Source of the DNA: a bacterium
GTDB taxonomy: Bacteria > Acidobacteriota > Blastocatellia > HR10
Assembly: GCA_041640655.1 (NCBI GenBank)
Contig: JBEPZV010000001.1
Location: 96,001-160,000 of the forward strand
DNA: 64,000 nt
Direction: 5' to 3'
This document shows, one piece after another, positions 18,654-27,331 of the stretch; within the stretch, counting starts at the first letter, position 1, and the number at the start of each line of letters is the position of its first letter. The notes below the pieces were generated by a model. The model was not told the origin of the DNA and did not search any database. It saw nothing but the letters and a program-made list of their open reading frames with translations. A program made the translations under genes and the position numbers.

Positions 18654-18767
18654 ATGTCCAAGTACTTCCTGATTGAAACTGCGCTACCTCTCAGGGATCC
18701 CCTTTCCCTTCAGCAGACAACCAACTCGTCCAGCATGTCAATGACGACATTTGAGGTTCCGTCATGA
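18654..18767 (+). pseudogene. DUF1156 5' stub 1
   Basis: AAGGAGG RBS, MSKYFLIETALPLR; its TGA overlaps the ATG of the next gene. Confidence 0.6.
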
Positions 18768-20047
18768 TTCGCAGAGTATTCGTGGACGGATATAAGTCGC
18801 TGAAGGACGTGGGTTTGGAATTACAGCCGCTGACCGTTATCGTCGGTCCGAACGCGGCGGGGAAGAGCAATCTCTTTGATGCCCTGCGGCTTGTCAGCCG
18901 CATCGCAACGAGCCGCTCCCTGCAGGATGCCTTCGATGACCATCGGGGCGATCCATTGGAAGCCTTTGATTACAGCGAAAGGGGCATTGCCGGGCTTTTA
19001 GAGCACGAGCGGGCGCAGTTCACCATAGAAGTAGATGTCGAGTTGAGCGATAAAACGGTAGAAGGTGCCGAGCGGCTGATCCAGATGCATCGTGCTTTCG
19101 GTGGACAGGGAAACCATAGGGGCAAGCTTCGGAAAATAACGGAGCGCTTCTTACGTTACCGCATCACCATAGAGATTACTCCGAAGACGGGCGTCTTGCG
19201 TGTTGTGGACGAACGCCTTGAGGCATTGACCCGGACTCCCGAAGGGAAACTGCGCCCCGATGAGAGGCGACGATCATTTCTGGAAAAGGTAGGGGAGCGC
19301 CTCCGATTACGGATGGAGGGACAGGCGCGTCCCACGGAGTACGAGACCGGGCTAAACTACGCCATCATCTCCCAACCGGTTTATCCGCCACACTATCCGC
19401 ATCTGGTCGCCTTCCGGGAAGAGTTGTCCGGGTGGCAGTTTTACTACTTCGAGCCACGCATCATGCGGGAAGAGTCGGCTGTCAAGGAAGTCAACCGATT
19501 GCCTTCTTCCGGTGGGGATCTGGCAGCGTTTTACTATACGCTCAAGCAAAAGAGTCCGCAGCAGTTTGAAAACCTTCAACGCACTCTAAGGTCGCTTGTT
19601 CCGACTGTAGAGGGGATTGACGCCGAGTTGACCAAAGAAGGCAAGGTGCGGCTGAAGGTCAAGGAAAGAGGTGTGGAGTTTTCTGCGAAAGTGGTCTCCG
19701 AGGGAACGCTACGCATCCTGGGGCTGATGGCGATTGTGGGTCCAACCAATCCCGCCACCGTGATTGGCTTTGAGGAGCCAGAAAACGGCGTCCATCCCCG
19801 GCGGCTCAAACTCATCGCCGACTTGCTCCGCAACGCCGCCACACACCGTCAGATCCTCGTCAACACCCACTCACCTCTTTTGCCCGATTATCTGCAGGAC
19901 GCCTACCTTGTGCAGGTCCGCAAGAGGGAGGATGGGCATAGCGAGTTTGTGCCCCTTGCGGAGGCTGGTGGTCTACAGGTAGAGAAAGCGCTGGAGGAAG
20001 AAGTGGTACCTATATCGCAACACATCCTGAGAGGGGATTGGGAATGA
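18764..20047 (+). CDS. AAA_21/ABC-type ATPase, putative defence component
   Basis: GPNAAGKSN Walker A, SEGT signature, FEEPENGVHP Walker B, NTHS H-loop. Confidence 0.88.
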   Translation: MIRRVFVDGYKSLKDVGLELQPLTVIVGPNAAGKSNLFDALRLVSRIATSRSLQDAFDDHRGDPLEAFDYSERGIAGLLEHERAQFTIEVDVELSDKTVEGAERLIQMHRAFGGQGNHRGKLRKITERFLRYRITIEITPKTGVLRVVDERLEALTRTPEGKLRPDERRRSFLEKVGERLRLRMEGQARPTEYETGLNYAIISQPVYPPHYPHLVAFREELSGWQFYYFEPRIMREESAVKEVNRLPSSGGDLAAFYYTLKQKSPQQFENLQRTLRSLVPTVEGIDAELTKEGKVRLKVKERGVEFSAKVVSEGTLRILGLMAIVGPTNPATVIGFEEPENGVHPRRLKLIADLLRNAATHRQILVNTHSPLLPDYLQDAYLVQVRKREDGHSEFVPLAEAGGLQVEKALEEEVVPISQHILRGDWE

Positions 20048-20637
20048 GCCGCACGCGTCAGGTTGTCTGCTTTTGTGAGGACATCGCTCATGAGAGGTTT
20101 ATTAAGGCTCTCATCCAGCGGGCAGGAGCAGAGAAAAATGTCGCCGTGCAAATCAAAGTGCTCAACGCCACGCACGGAAGTAAGGTGTGGAACGAGTTTC
20201 GGCAATACTTGCGAGAACTCAAGGCAGGAACGGCGTCCCTGCTCGATATTTTGGTCGTGGTGATGGATGGTAACTGCCAAACAGCAGCAAAAGTTCGGAA
20301 AGATATTGAGGAGGAGGTTATGAAGGTGGGCTTGACCATTCCCCATCTCATCTGTGCCGTTCCCGATCCCCATATTGAGCGATGGTACCTGGAAGACCAG
20401 CACGCATTCAAAAAGGTCTTGCCCAAAGTGCAGCCGCGAAAACTCCGCTACAAGTGCGAGCGCGACCGATACAAGAGAGCGCTCGTAGAAGCCATACGAG
20501 CGGCAGATATCGAGCCTCTGCTTGGAGGCGCAGAATACGGGGAAGAGATCGCCCAAGATTTAGACCCGGCCAAGCTTGATCGCTCGTTTCGAGCCTTTTG
20601 GAAAGACCTTGGTGCTGCGTTAGGAGAACACTCGTAA
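20044..20637 (+). CDS. DUF4276/RloB-like TOPRIM-type partner of the ATPase
   Basis: Coupled to the ATPase; FCEDIAHE, VVVMDGN, AVPDPHIERWYL, SFRAF. Confidence 0.65.
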   Translation: MSRTRQVVCFCEDIAHERFIKALIQRAGAEKNVAVQIKVLNATHGSKVWNEFRQYLRELKAGTASLLDILVVVMDGNCQTAAKVRKDIEEEVMKVGLTIPHLICAVPDPHIERWYLEDQHAFKKVLPKVQPRKLRYKCERDRYKRALVEAIRAADIEPLLGGAEYGEEIAQDLDPAKLDRSFRAFWKDLGAALGEHS

Positions 20638-20709
20638 ATATGAGCGACGAGAATTTTTCCAACGCAGACTCTGCGAGAAAATGGAGAATTGTATGAGAGG
20701 AGGGAAGCG

Positions 20710-20835
20710 ACGCCCCAGCGCTTTCTGGTTGAAACCGCACTGCCTCTCAAGGGGCTTTCCAAACAGGCCCGGCGTGAGAAGGCCATCCGCCACGGGCATA
20801 TGTCAGGATATACTGTAAAAGTCAGGAGGCTTTAA
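20710..20835 (+). pseudogene. DUF1156 5' stub 2 (start codon appears as ACG)
   Basis: PQRFLVETALPLKGLSKQARREKAIRHGHMS matches the typical DUF1156 N-terminus xxLIExxLPLxxISxxxxREKxIRHGH. Confidence 0.75.
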
Positions 20836-20836
20836 A

Positions 20837-23572
20837 ATGCAGAAGCGCAGTGCGAGCAAATTTGCCAAAGCTCGCTGGATACGAACAGACCTCCATCTCC
20901 ATTCGCCTGGGATCCATAGCTTTAAATTCCCCCGAGAATGGAGCGATCAACAGCAGGACCAGGTGATTGCAGAGTATATTCAGCAGCTAAAAAACCAGGG
21001 AATCCAAGCGTGTGCCATTACCGATTACCAGCAAATCCGTGAAGAGTGGTTCAACGCCATTCGAAGACAGGCCCACGAGGAGGGGATCTTCGTCTATCCC
21101 GGTGTCGAACTCTCCTTTGGGGGGACGCCCTCCGGAAAATACGGCTTACATGTTCTGGCCATCTTTCCATACGAGATGCAACCTGCTGACATCAACAGAA
21201 CGATCCAGAATCTGGATGACTGCCCAAAAGAGCCGCTGATTGGCACAGATGGAACACACCGGGATATTGTTCCAAAGGGGCGTATAGAAGAATGCCTGAT
21301 TCGTCTCCGTCAGGAAACCGGTTGCATTCTGATTTTCGCCCACTCGAATGATGACAACGGTCTGTTCAAAGCCTATCAATCCCAACAAGCCGCCGAGCTT
21401 CTCCGTCAAGTTCGGCCGGAAGCGGTGGAAAACCTCAGCGACAAGGACCGCGAGCGACTGTTGAGTACGGGCAGGCTGGACGAAGCGCTTTTGCGTCGTA
21501 TTGCCACCATCTACAACAGCGACAACCACAGTATTGACGAAATCGGCACAAAAACCCTGCCCGATGGCACCCGCCGGGCCACCTATCTGAAACTGAGCGC
21601 GCCCGACCAAATTCAGGCCATCCGTCTGGCGCTTCGGGATTGGGAGGTCCTCGTTCGCCTGAGCGAGAAGCCGGAACCCATCCATACCCGCATCGAGACG
21701 CTGGAGGTGGACGGCAAGGGCTTCCTGGGAAACTTCCGTCTGGCTTTCAGCCCCGATCTCAACGTGCTCATTGGCGGCCGTGGCGTGGGGAAATCGGCCG
21801 TGCTGGAGGTGATCCGCTATGTCCTGGACCTTCCGGTGTATGGGCCTGCGGAATACCGGGAGGGCCTGGTTCGATACGCCCTGGGAAGTGGGGGAAAGGC
21901 CATCCTCTTCCTGCACCAGGTGGTAAAACCCGGTGTCGAACGCCGCTATCGGGTGGAACGAGTCTGGGGTGAGAAACCCCGGGTCTTTGAACTCACAGAG
22001 CAGGGCGAACGCCCCATCGAATTGCTCCCTCAGGATCTCTTTACCGAAGCTGACCAGCCTCTCTTCTTCGGTCAGCGGGAGATTTACGAGATCACTCAGT
22101 CCACCCGTCTGCGGCGGAAGCTGCTCGATGACCTCATCGGCCGCCCGGCCCGCGAGCAACTTCGGGAAGTGGAAAAAATCCGCCAGGAACTGCGCCGCAA
22201 TGCCCGGGATCTTCTTGAATACCGCCGTTACGAAGAACGGATGGAGGAGGTGGAAAAACGCCTCAAGGAAATCGAACATGAGATCCGCCTTTACGAATCG
22301 CAGGGTATCGCGGAAAAGCTCAGGGAAGAAACCGCCCTCACCCGCGACGAGGAACGCTTGAAGCGCCTGGAAGAACACCGGCAGCAGTACGAACAAGAAT
22401 GGGAAGAGCTGCGTAGGCGCTGGCGGGAGCGCTGGGAGACCACGCTGGCCGACCTGGCGCAAGCGGCAAGCCGACAGAAGGACCTCATACAGGAAGCAGC
22501 TCAGGCCTTGCAAGAACTACGGAGCGCTTTTGAAACCCTCTTTTCCCAGGGTGAGGAGGCCTTGTATACATTCCGGCAGCAACTGCATTCCTTGCGGCGC
22601 CGCTGGCAGGAATCCCGGCGAGCGCTGGACGAGGAGCTGCGGCAGCTCCGCCAGCAACTGGGAGACACGGCACTGGATCCCGATCGTCTCGCCAAACTCA
22701 CCGCCGAACAAGCACGGTTAAAATACGAGCTCGAGCTGTTTCAGAAAAAGGCCGAGGAGGCGCAAAAGGCTCGCGAGGAACGGAAAGCCCTCCTTCAACG
22801 GCTCCGCGATGCCCAGCGCGAAGCGTTTCGGCTGCGCCAAAAATGGGCGGAACAAATCACCGAGCAAATTAAGGATCGAGTGCGCGTAGAGATCATTTAT
22901 CGTGGCCAGCGGAAAGAATACGCCAACCGCTTGAAGGACTTTTTCAGCGGCTCACGAGTGCCAAGCAAAGACCTGGAAAGCCTGGCTCAAAATGAAAAAA
23001 TACCCGATGGACTGGCGCTGGCGGAGCGTGCCCGCAAGGGCAAAGAGACGCTCTCCCAGGAATCGGGGCTGAGCGAGGCCCGAGCCCAGCAGCTGATTGA
23101 TTTCCTCAATCAGGATGAAAGCCGGTGGTTTGAACTGGAGTTGCTAACGCCGGATGACGAAGTGCGGGTCTCGTTGAAGGTGAACGAACGCTGGGGGATT
23201 CTGGATACACTGTCCGCTGGCCAGCGGGCCACCGCCATGCTCCTCATTCTCCTGACCCAGGCTCCTCGGCCGCTCCTGGTGGACCAGCCCGAGGATGACC
23301 TGGACAACCGCTTTATCTTCGAGGATGTGGTCCAGCTCCTGCGCCGTCAAAAGGACCGCCGCCAGCTGATCATGGCCACCCACAATGCCAACATCCCGGT
23401 GCTCGCCCATGGGGAGCTCATCGTCGCCCTGGAAGCGGAAGCGGAAAGGGCGCGCATCGCCGTTCAGGGAGGATTGGATCGTCCTGATGTGCAAGATATA
23501 GTGCGCCGGGTGATGGAGGGCGGCGAGGAAGCCTTCCGTCGGCGCGCGGAGAAATACGGACTGGAGGTTTAA
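20837..23572 (+). CDS. PHP phosphoesterase fused to a coiled-coil ABC ATPase (TrlF/Ppl-like), putative anti-phage protein
   Basis: DLHLHS, AITDY, PGVE, FAHS, NSDNH; GGRGVGKS, long coiled coil, LSAGQ, VDQPEDDLDN, ATHNAN. Confidence 0.85.
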   Translation: MQKRSASKFAKARWIRTDLHLHSPGIHSFKFPREWSDQQQDQVIAEYIQQLKNQGIQACAITDYQQIREEWFNAIRRQAHEEGIFVYPGVELSFGGTPSGKYGLHVLAIFPYEMQPADINRTIQNLDDCPKEPLIGTDGTHRDIVPKGRIEECLIRLRQETGCILIFAHSNDDNGLFKAYQSQQAAELLRQVRPEAVENLSDKDRERLLSTGRLDEALLRRIATIYNSDNHSIDEIGTKTLPDGTRRATYLKLSAPDQIQAIRLALRDWEVLVRLSEKPEPIHTRIETLEVDGKGFLGNFRLAFSPDLNVLIGGRGVGKSAVLEVIRYVLDLPVYGPAEYREGLVRYALGSGGKAILFLHQVVKPGVERRYRVERVWGEKPRVFELTEQGERPIELLPQDLFTEADQPLFFGQREIYEITQSTRLRRKLLDDLIGRPAREQLREVEKIRQELRRNARDLLEYRRYEERMEEVEKRLKEIEHEIRLYESQGIAEKLREETALTRDEERLKRLEEHRQQYEQEWEELRRRWRERWETTLADLAQAASRQKDLIQEAAQALQELRSAFETLFSQGEEALYTFRQQLHSLRRRWQESRRALDEELRQLRQQLGDTALDPDRLAKLTAEQARLKYELELFQKKAEEAQKAREERKALLQRLRDAQREAFRLRQKWAEQITEQIKDRVRVEIIYRGQRKEYANRLKDFFSGSRVPSKDLESLAQNEKIPDGLALAERARKGKETLSQESGLSEARAQQLIDFLNQDESRWFELELLTPDDEVRVSLKVNERWGILDTLSAGQRATAMLLILLTQAPRPLLVDQPEDDLDNRFIFEDVVQLLRRQKDRRQLIMATHNANIPVLAHGELIVALEAEAERARIAVQGGLDRPDVQDIVRRVMEGGEEAFRRRAEKYGLEV

Positions 23573-23575
23573 GCG

Positions 23576-24748
23576 ATGAACGAGCTGGAACTCCTGGAAC
23601 GTATCCAACGAGGAGAAAATCTGCACACAGAATTTAAACGGGAAGATGCGCAGTCCGATGACATCGCCGCCTCCCTGGTGGCCTTCGCTAACACGGACGG
23701 CGGCCAGCTGATCTTCGGCGTGACCGACGATGGACAGATTGTGGGTGTCCCGGATCCCGACCGCCTGATGCAGCGGGTAGACCAGATCGCCTACCAGAAC
23801 TGCGAGCCGCCCATCACCGTGCTTCAGGAAACCGTGCGCACCGGGAGGGGCACCGTGGTGGTGGTTCACATCCCCAAAGGCGACCAGCGTCCCTATCGCA
23901 CGAACCGGGGGGACTTCTTCATCCGCACCAGCTCGGGACGACGTCGTGCTTCCCGTCAGGAACTCCTGCGTCTCTTCCAGTCGGTGGAGAGTCTCTACTA
24001 CGACGAAACCCTCGTGCTAAGGGCGGATCTGGCTGATTTGGATCTGGATCATTTCAAGCGGTTCTTCGCCCGCGCTTACCCTGACCAGGCGCTCTCCGAA
24101 GAGAACCTGCTTCCTGTATTGCAAAACATGAAGCTGGTGGGCCAGCACCAGCACCGCTGGGTCCCCACCGTGGCCAGCCTCCTCTGTTTCGGTAAGGACC
24201 CCCAGCGTTTCCTTCCCGGCGCTGAGATTCGAGCCGCGCGTCTCCCCGGAACCACGCTCGCTGCCGAGCCCGGCGACGCCAAATCCATAGGCGGCAACCT
24301 CTTCGACATGCTGGAGGACGCCATGCGTTTCCTCCACATTCACTTGCCTGTTGTCCATCGAATCCGTGGACTGGAGCCGGAAAGGCATCCCATGATTCCT
24401 GATGAAGCCCTACGGGAGCTTCTGGTGAACGCGCTGGTGCACCGCGACTACACCATTACCGCTCCCGTTCGCGTGTTGCTCTTCGACGATCGACTGGAGA
24501 TCCGCACACCGGGACAGTTGCCGAACACGGTAACCGTGGAGGCTATCCTTCTTGGAGCAGCCCACGTATTGCGGAATCCCACCATCTACCTGATGTTTTA
24601 CCGCGCCGGCTTGGTTACTCACCTCGGAAGCGGCGTCCTGCGGGCCAAACAGGCGCTCGAGCGTAGCGGCAAGAGGCTGCAAATGCAGCAGTCCGAAACG
24701 GAATTCATCTCCACGATTCTCTGGGAACAGGATGGAGGTCTGCCATGA
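23576..24748 (+). CDS. AlbA_2 (Schlafen-like) plus HATPase_c_4 domain protein
   Basis: GENLHTEFK, AFANTDGGQLIFGV, LRELLVNALVHRDY, RNPTI, GSGV. Confidence 0.88.
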   Translation: MNELELLERIQRGENLHTEFKREDAQSDDIAASLVAFANTDGGQLIFGVTDDGQIVGVPDPDRLMQRVDQIAYQNCEPPITVLQETVRTGRGTVVVVHIPKGDQRPYRTNRGDFFIRTSSGRRRASRQELLRLFQSVESLYYDETLVLRADLADLDLDHFKRFFARAYPDQALSEENLLPVLQNMKLVGQHQHRWVPTVASLLCFGKDPQRFLPGAEIRAARLPGTTLAAEPGDAKSIGGNLFDMLEDAMRFLHIHLPVVHRIRGLEPERHPMIPDEALRELLVNALVHRDYTITAPVRVLLFDDRLEIRTPGQLPNTVTVEAILLGAAHVLRNPTIYLMFYRAGLVTHLGSGVLRAKQALERSGKRLQMQQSETEFISTILWEQDGGLP

Positions 24749-24784
24749 TAGGTAACATCGAAGCAAAAACGGAGGGCATGAGCC

Positions 24785-24847
24785 ATGGCTTCTGACCGCC
24801 TCCTCATCGAATCCACCCTTCCGCTGCGAGCGCTTTCCGAAGAGGCG
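24785..24847 (+). pseudogene. DUF1156 5' stub 3
   Basis: GGAGGG RBS, MASDRLLIESTLPLRALSEEA. Confidence 0.6.
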
Positions 24848-24848
24848 C

Positions 24849-24944
24849 ACCATCCAGAACCCGACCGCTCATCTCAAAGCGCAGCCCATTGTGGGTGTGG
24901 TCAAGCTCGTCATCGAGAACCGGCGGGAGGGAGGCCGGCCATAA
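24849..24944 (+). pseudogene. 3' remnant of a DUF3883-ended gene, copy 2
   Basis: TIQNPTAHLKAQPIVGVVKLVIENRREGGRP-stop; 26 bp identical to 18404-18429. Confidence 0.55.
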
Positions 24945-24974
24945 GCCCAAACCGCCTGCGCGAACTCATCAGGC

Positions 24975-25312
24975 TGGGAAACAATACTTTCTTGGTTCTG
25001 GGTGGATATGGCGGCGCGGGACTCTCTATTGCCCATTTCCTTCTTCAAGAAACGAATGTCCGGCTAATTCTTGCCGGGCGAAGCCGGGAGAAGGCGGGAG
25101 AGATAGCAGAGCAATTGAATGCTGAATTCCGAGGGGGCAGGGTTCAGTGGCGCTATGCCGATGCTGCCGATGTGCAAAGCCTGACCACTGCGCTTGAGGG
25201 ATCGGATCTGTTGCTTGTTTGCTCTACGACTACGCGGTATGCGGAGCAGATTGCCAGAACTGCGCTCCTGGCTGGCTTGGACTACATGGACATCATTAAC
25301 CAGGAGATATAA
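24975..25312 (+). pseudogene. Saccharopine-dehydrogenase-like NAD-binding fragment
   Basis: FLVLGGYGGAG, LILAGRSREKA, GLDYMDI then stop; no C-terminal domain. Confidence 0.65.
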
Positions 25313-25315
25313 GCG

Positions 25316-26824
25316 ATGAAAAAGCCATGGTCGAATTTTATCGTTGGGATCATGCTGACGCTGACGGCGTGCAACTTGAATCAAACAGCGTCTCTCCAAT
25401 CGCCGTCGTCTGCGCAGAATCAACCTCATCCCACATTCGTGGAAATTCGAGTGAACGGCGCGCTCCGATATCAAACCTTCGAAGGCTTCGGCGGGACCGT
25501 TACCATCTTTGAGGATGAGGGCATTTACCATCGCCACGATCCCTCGCAACCGGTCAAGACCACGGCAACACAAGCGCAACGGGCGGACATCGCCAAACTG
25601 CTTTTTTCAGATCTCGGTATCACCCGCGCCCGCGTCTTCCCCATCAACCACGAGCCCTCCAACGACAACGCCGATCCATTTACCCTCGAGCCAGCCGCAT
25701 TCGACTGGTACCTCACCGACGCGTTGATTGACTTTGTGAAATTATCGCGCCCCTACGGTTTGAAGAACTGGTGGGCGTCCTTTGCCGTGGACGGCGGTCA
25801 CCAACAGGCATGGCTGCGAAAAGCGGGGAGCCCCTGCGCCCTTGACCCCACCATGATTGACGAAGATGTGGAATGGATCCTGGCAGCCGCCCTGCGCTTC
25901 CGCGACGCGGGACAGGAACTTCCCTATCTCACCATCAACAATGAGCCCGATCTATGCCCGCCCGGCTACAAGATCGAGATTGGCGATTACGTAACGATCG
26001 TCAAACGCCTCGGCGCGCGCCTGCGGGCGGAAGGGCTTTCCACGATGATAGTCGTCTCCGACGGCTGGATACCGCAAAACGCTTTGCTGTACATGCAAGC
26101 CGCGCTCGCCGACCCCGCGGCGCGTCAATATGTCGGCGCGCTCGCGTATCACGCCTATGCGGATGGATACGATGACCCGAACACCTTATTGAACTCATCG
26201 GCGGTGAGCCAGCCTCCTCAAGCCGCCGTTGAAATTCGCCGGAAGATTCGCGAACTCGGCGCGCAATACAACCTGCCGATCTGGATGACCGAAGTCTGTT
26301 ATTGCGTTCCCAGGCCATTCAGCGATTTCGACCTGATCCGCGCCAGGCTCAACCATCTTCACGATGAGTTGACCTATGGGAATGTTGCCGCGTTCGATGT
26401 CATGAATCTCTTTTTTCTCAAGCGCCCCCATGTCAGGGATGAATTGGTGGAAATCAACTTCAACCCGCAGGGTGCGCTCGAAAGTTACGCGATCTCCGCG
26501 TACGGATATTTGCTCGGGCACTACTCCCGCTTCATCGTTCCCGGTTCGACTCGCTTGGACGCCTCCTCCAGTGATCCACGCCTGCGCGTGGTGGCGTTTG
26601 AAAGACCCGATGGAAAAGTTGTCATCGTCGCCATTAACAACAATCCGTACGGTGTCACGGTCAACGTGAATCTGGCAGGCTTGCGTCAAATGCCAACCTC
26701 CATGAGCGTGCTGACCAGCCGCGCAGGGGCAATATGGGAGAGCATCCCCGACATAACCATCAACGGCTCAACCGCTGCTGTTGCGCTATCGCCGCTAAGC
26801 GTGACCACAATAACGGGCAAGTAG
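25316..26824 (+). CDS. Glycoside hydrolase (GH30-like, clan A) lipoprotein
   Basis: Lipobox LTAC, YQTFEGFGG, INNEP acid/base, IWMTE nucleophile, HYSRFIVPGS, beta-sandwich C-terminus. Confidence 0.85.
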   Translation: MKKPWSNFIVGIMLTLTACNLNQTASLQSPSSAQNQPHPTFVEIRVNGALRYQTFEGFGGTVTIFEDEGIYHRHDPSQPVKTTATQAQRADIAKLLFSDLGITRARVFPINHEPSNDNADPFTLEPAAFDWYLTDALIDFVKLSRPYGLKNWWASFAVDGGHQQAWLRKAGSPCALDPTMIDEDVEWILAAALRFRDAGQELPYLTINNEPDLCPPGYKIEIGDYVTIVKRLGARLRAEGLSTMIVVSDGWIPQNALLYMQAALADPAARQYVGALAYHAYADGYDDPNTLLNSSAVSQPPQAAVEIRRKIRELGAQYNLPIWMTEVCYCVPRPFSDFDLIRARLNHLHDELTYGNVAAFDVMNLFFLKRPHVRDELVEINFNPQGALESYAISAYGYLLGHYSRFIVPGSTRLDASSSDPRLRVVAFERPDGKVVIVAINNNPYGVTVNVNLAGLRQMPTSMSVLTSRAGAIWESIPDITINGSTAAVALSPLSVTTITGK

Positions 26825-27103
26825 GTTCAATAAATGGCGAAAAACGATTCACCGCTCATATATCTTGCGGCAGGAATCTGCCCCAGGAGGGATTGCGGGC
26901 TGCTCGGGGTGGTTTGCCTGCGGTGGAGCGTGCGCGAGGCAGCGCGGGTCGGCTGTATCGGCTTGCATGGCAGGCGATTGAGCGGTCATTGAATCTTGCC
27001 TGTAAGTTTGTGATAGTGTCGGTGAGTGGTATGGTCATGGCGCTTTGCAAGCAGAGAGAAGGGCGTCTTTGGGGCAGGGAGTCCTGCTCCAGCCTGCGAT
27101 TGC

Positions 27104-27229
27104 GCCCAACACCGTTTGCAGCGGACAGCGGCTTCGCCGCTGAGGGTATGCGCCGCGAGCCAGCCGAGCCGTTTTTGAGCGCAGGAATCTTGCCAGCCCC
27201 GCCGCTGCCGCTAAAACCAACCGTTAGCC
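27104..27229 (+). mobile_element. Integron attC recombination site (126 bp)
   Basis: GCCCAAC...GTTAGCC core sites; TTTGCAGCGGACAGCGGC pairs with GCCGCTGCCGCTAAA leaving two unpaired bases in the left arm. Confidence 0.75.
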
Positions 27230-27331
27230 TGCTTATCACAATCATAGTGGCTTGTTACCTGCTCGTAGCGGGCAAGAGGCGAATAATGAGCGGTGCCGCC
27301 CATCAACATATTAGCGAGAGGAGGAGTGACG

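Noticed and set aside
24785..25312. 175-aa ORF as one real protein
   Set aside because: It is a chance fusion of a DUF1156 stub, an off-frame DUF3883 end and a dehydrogenase fragment.
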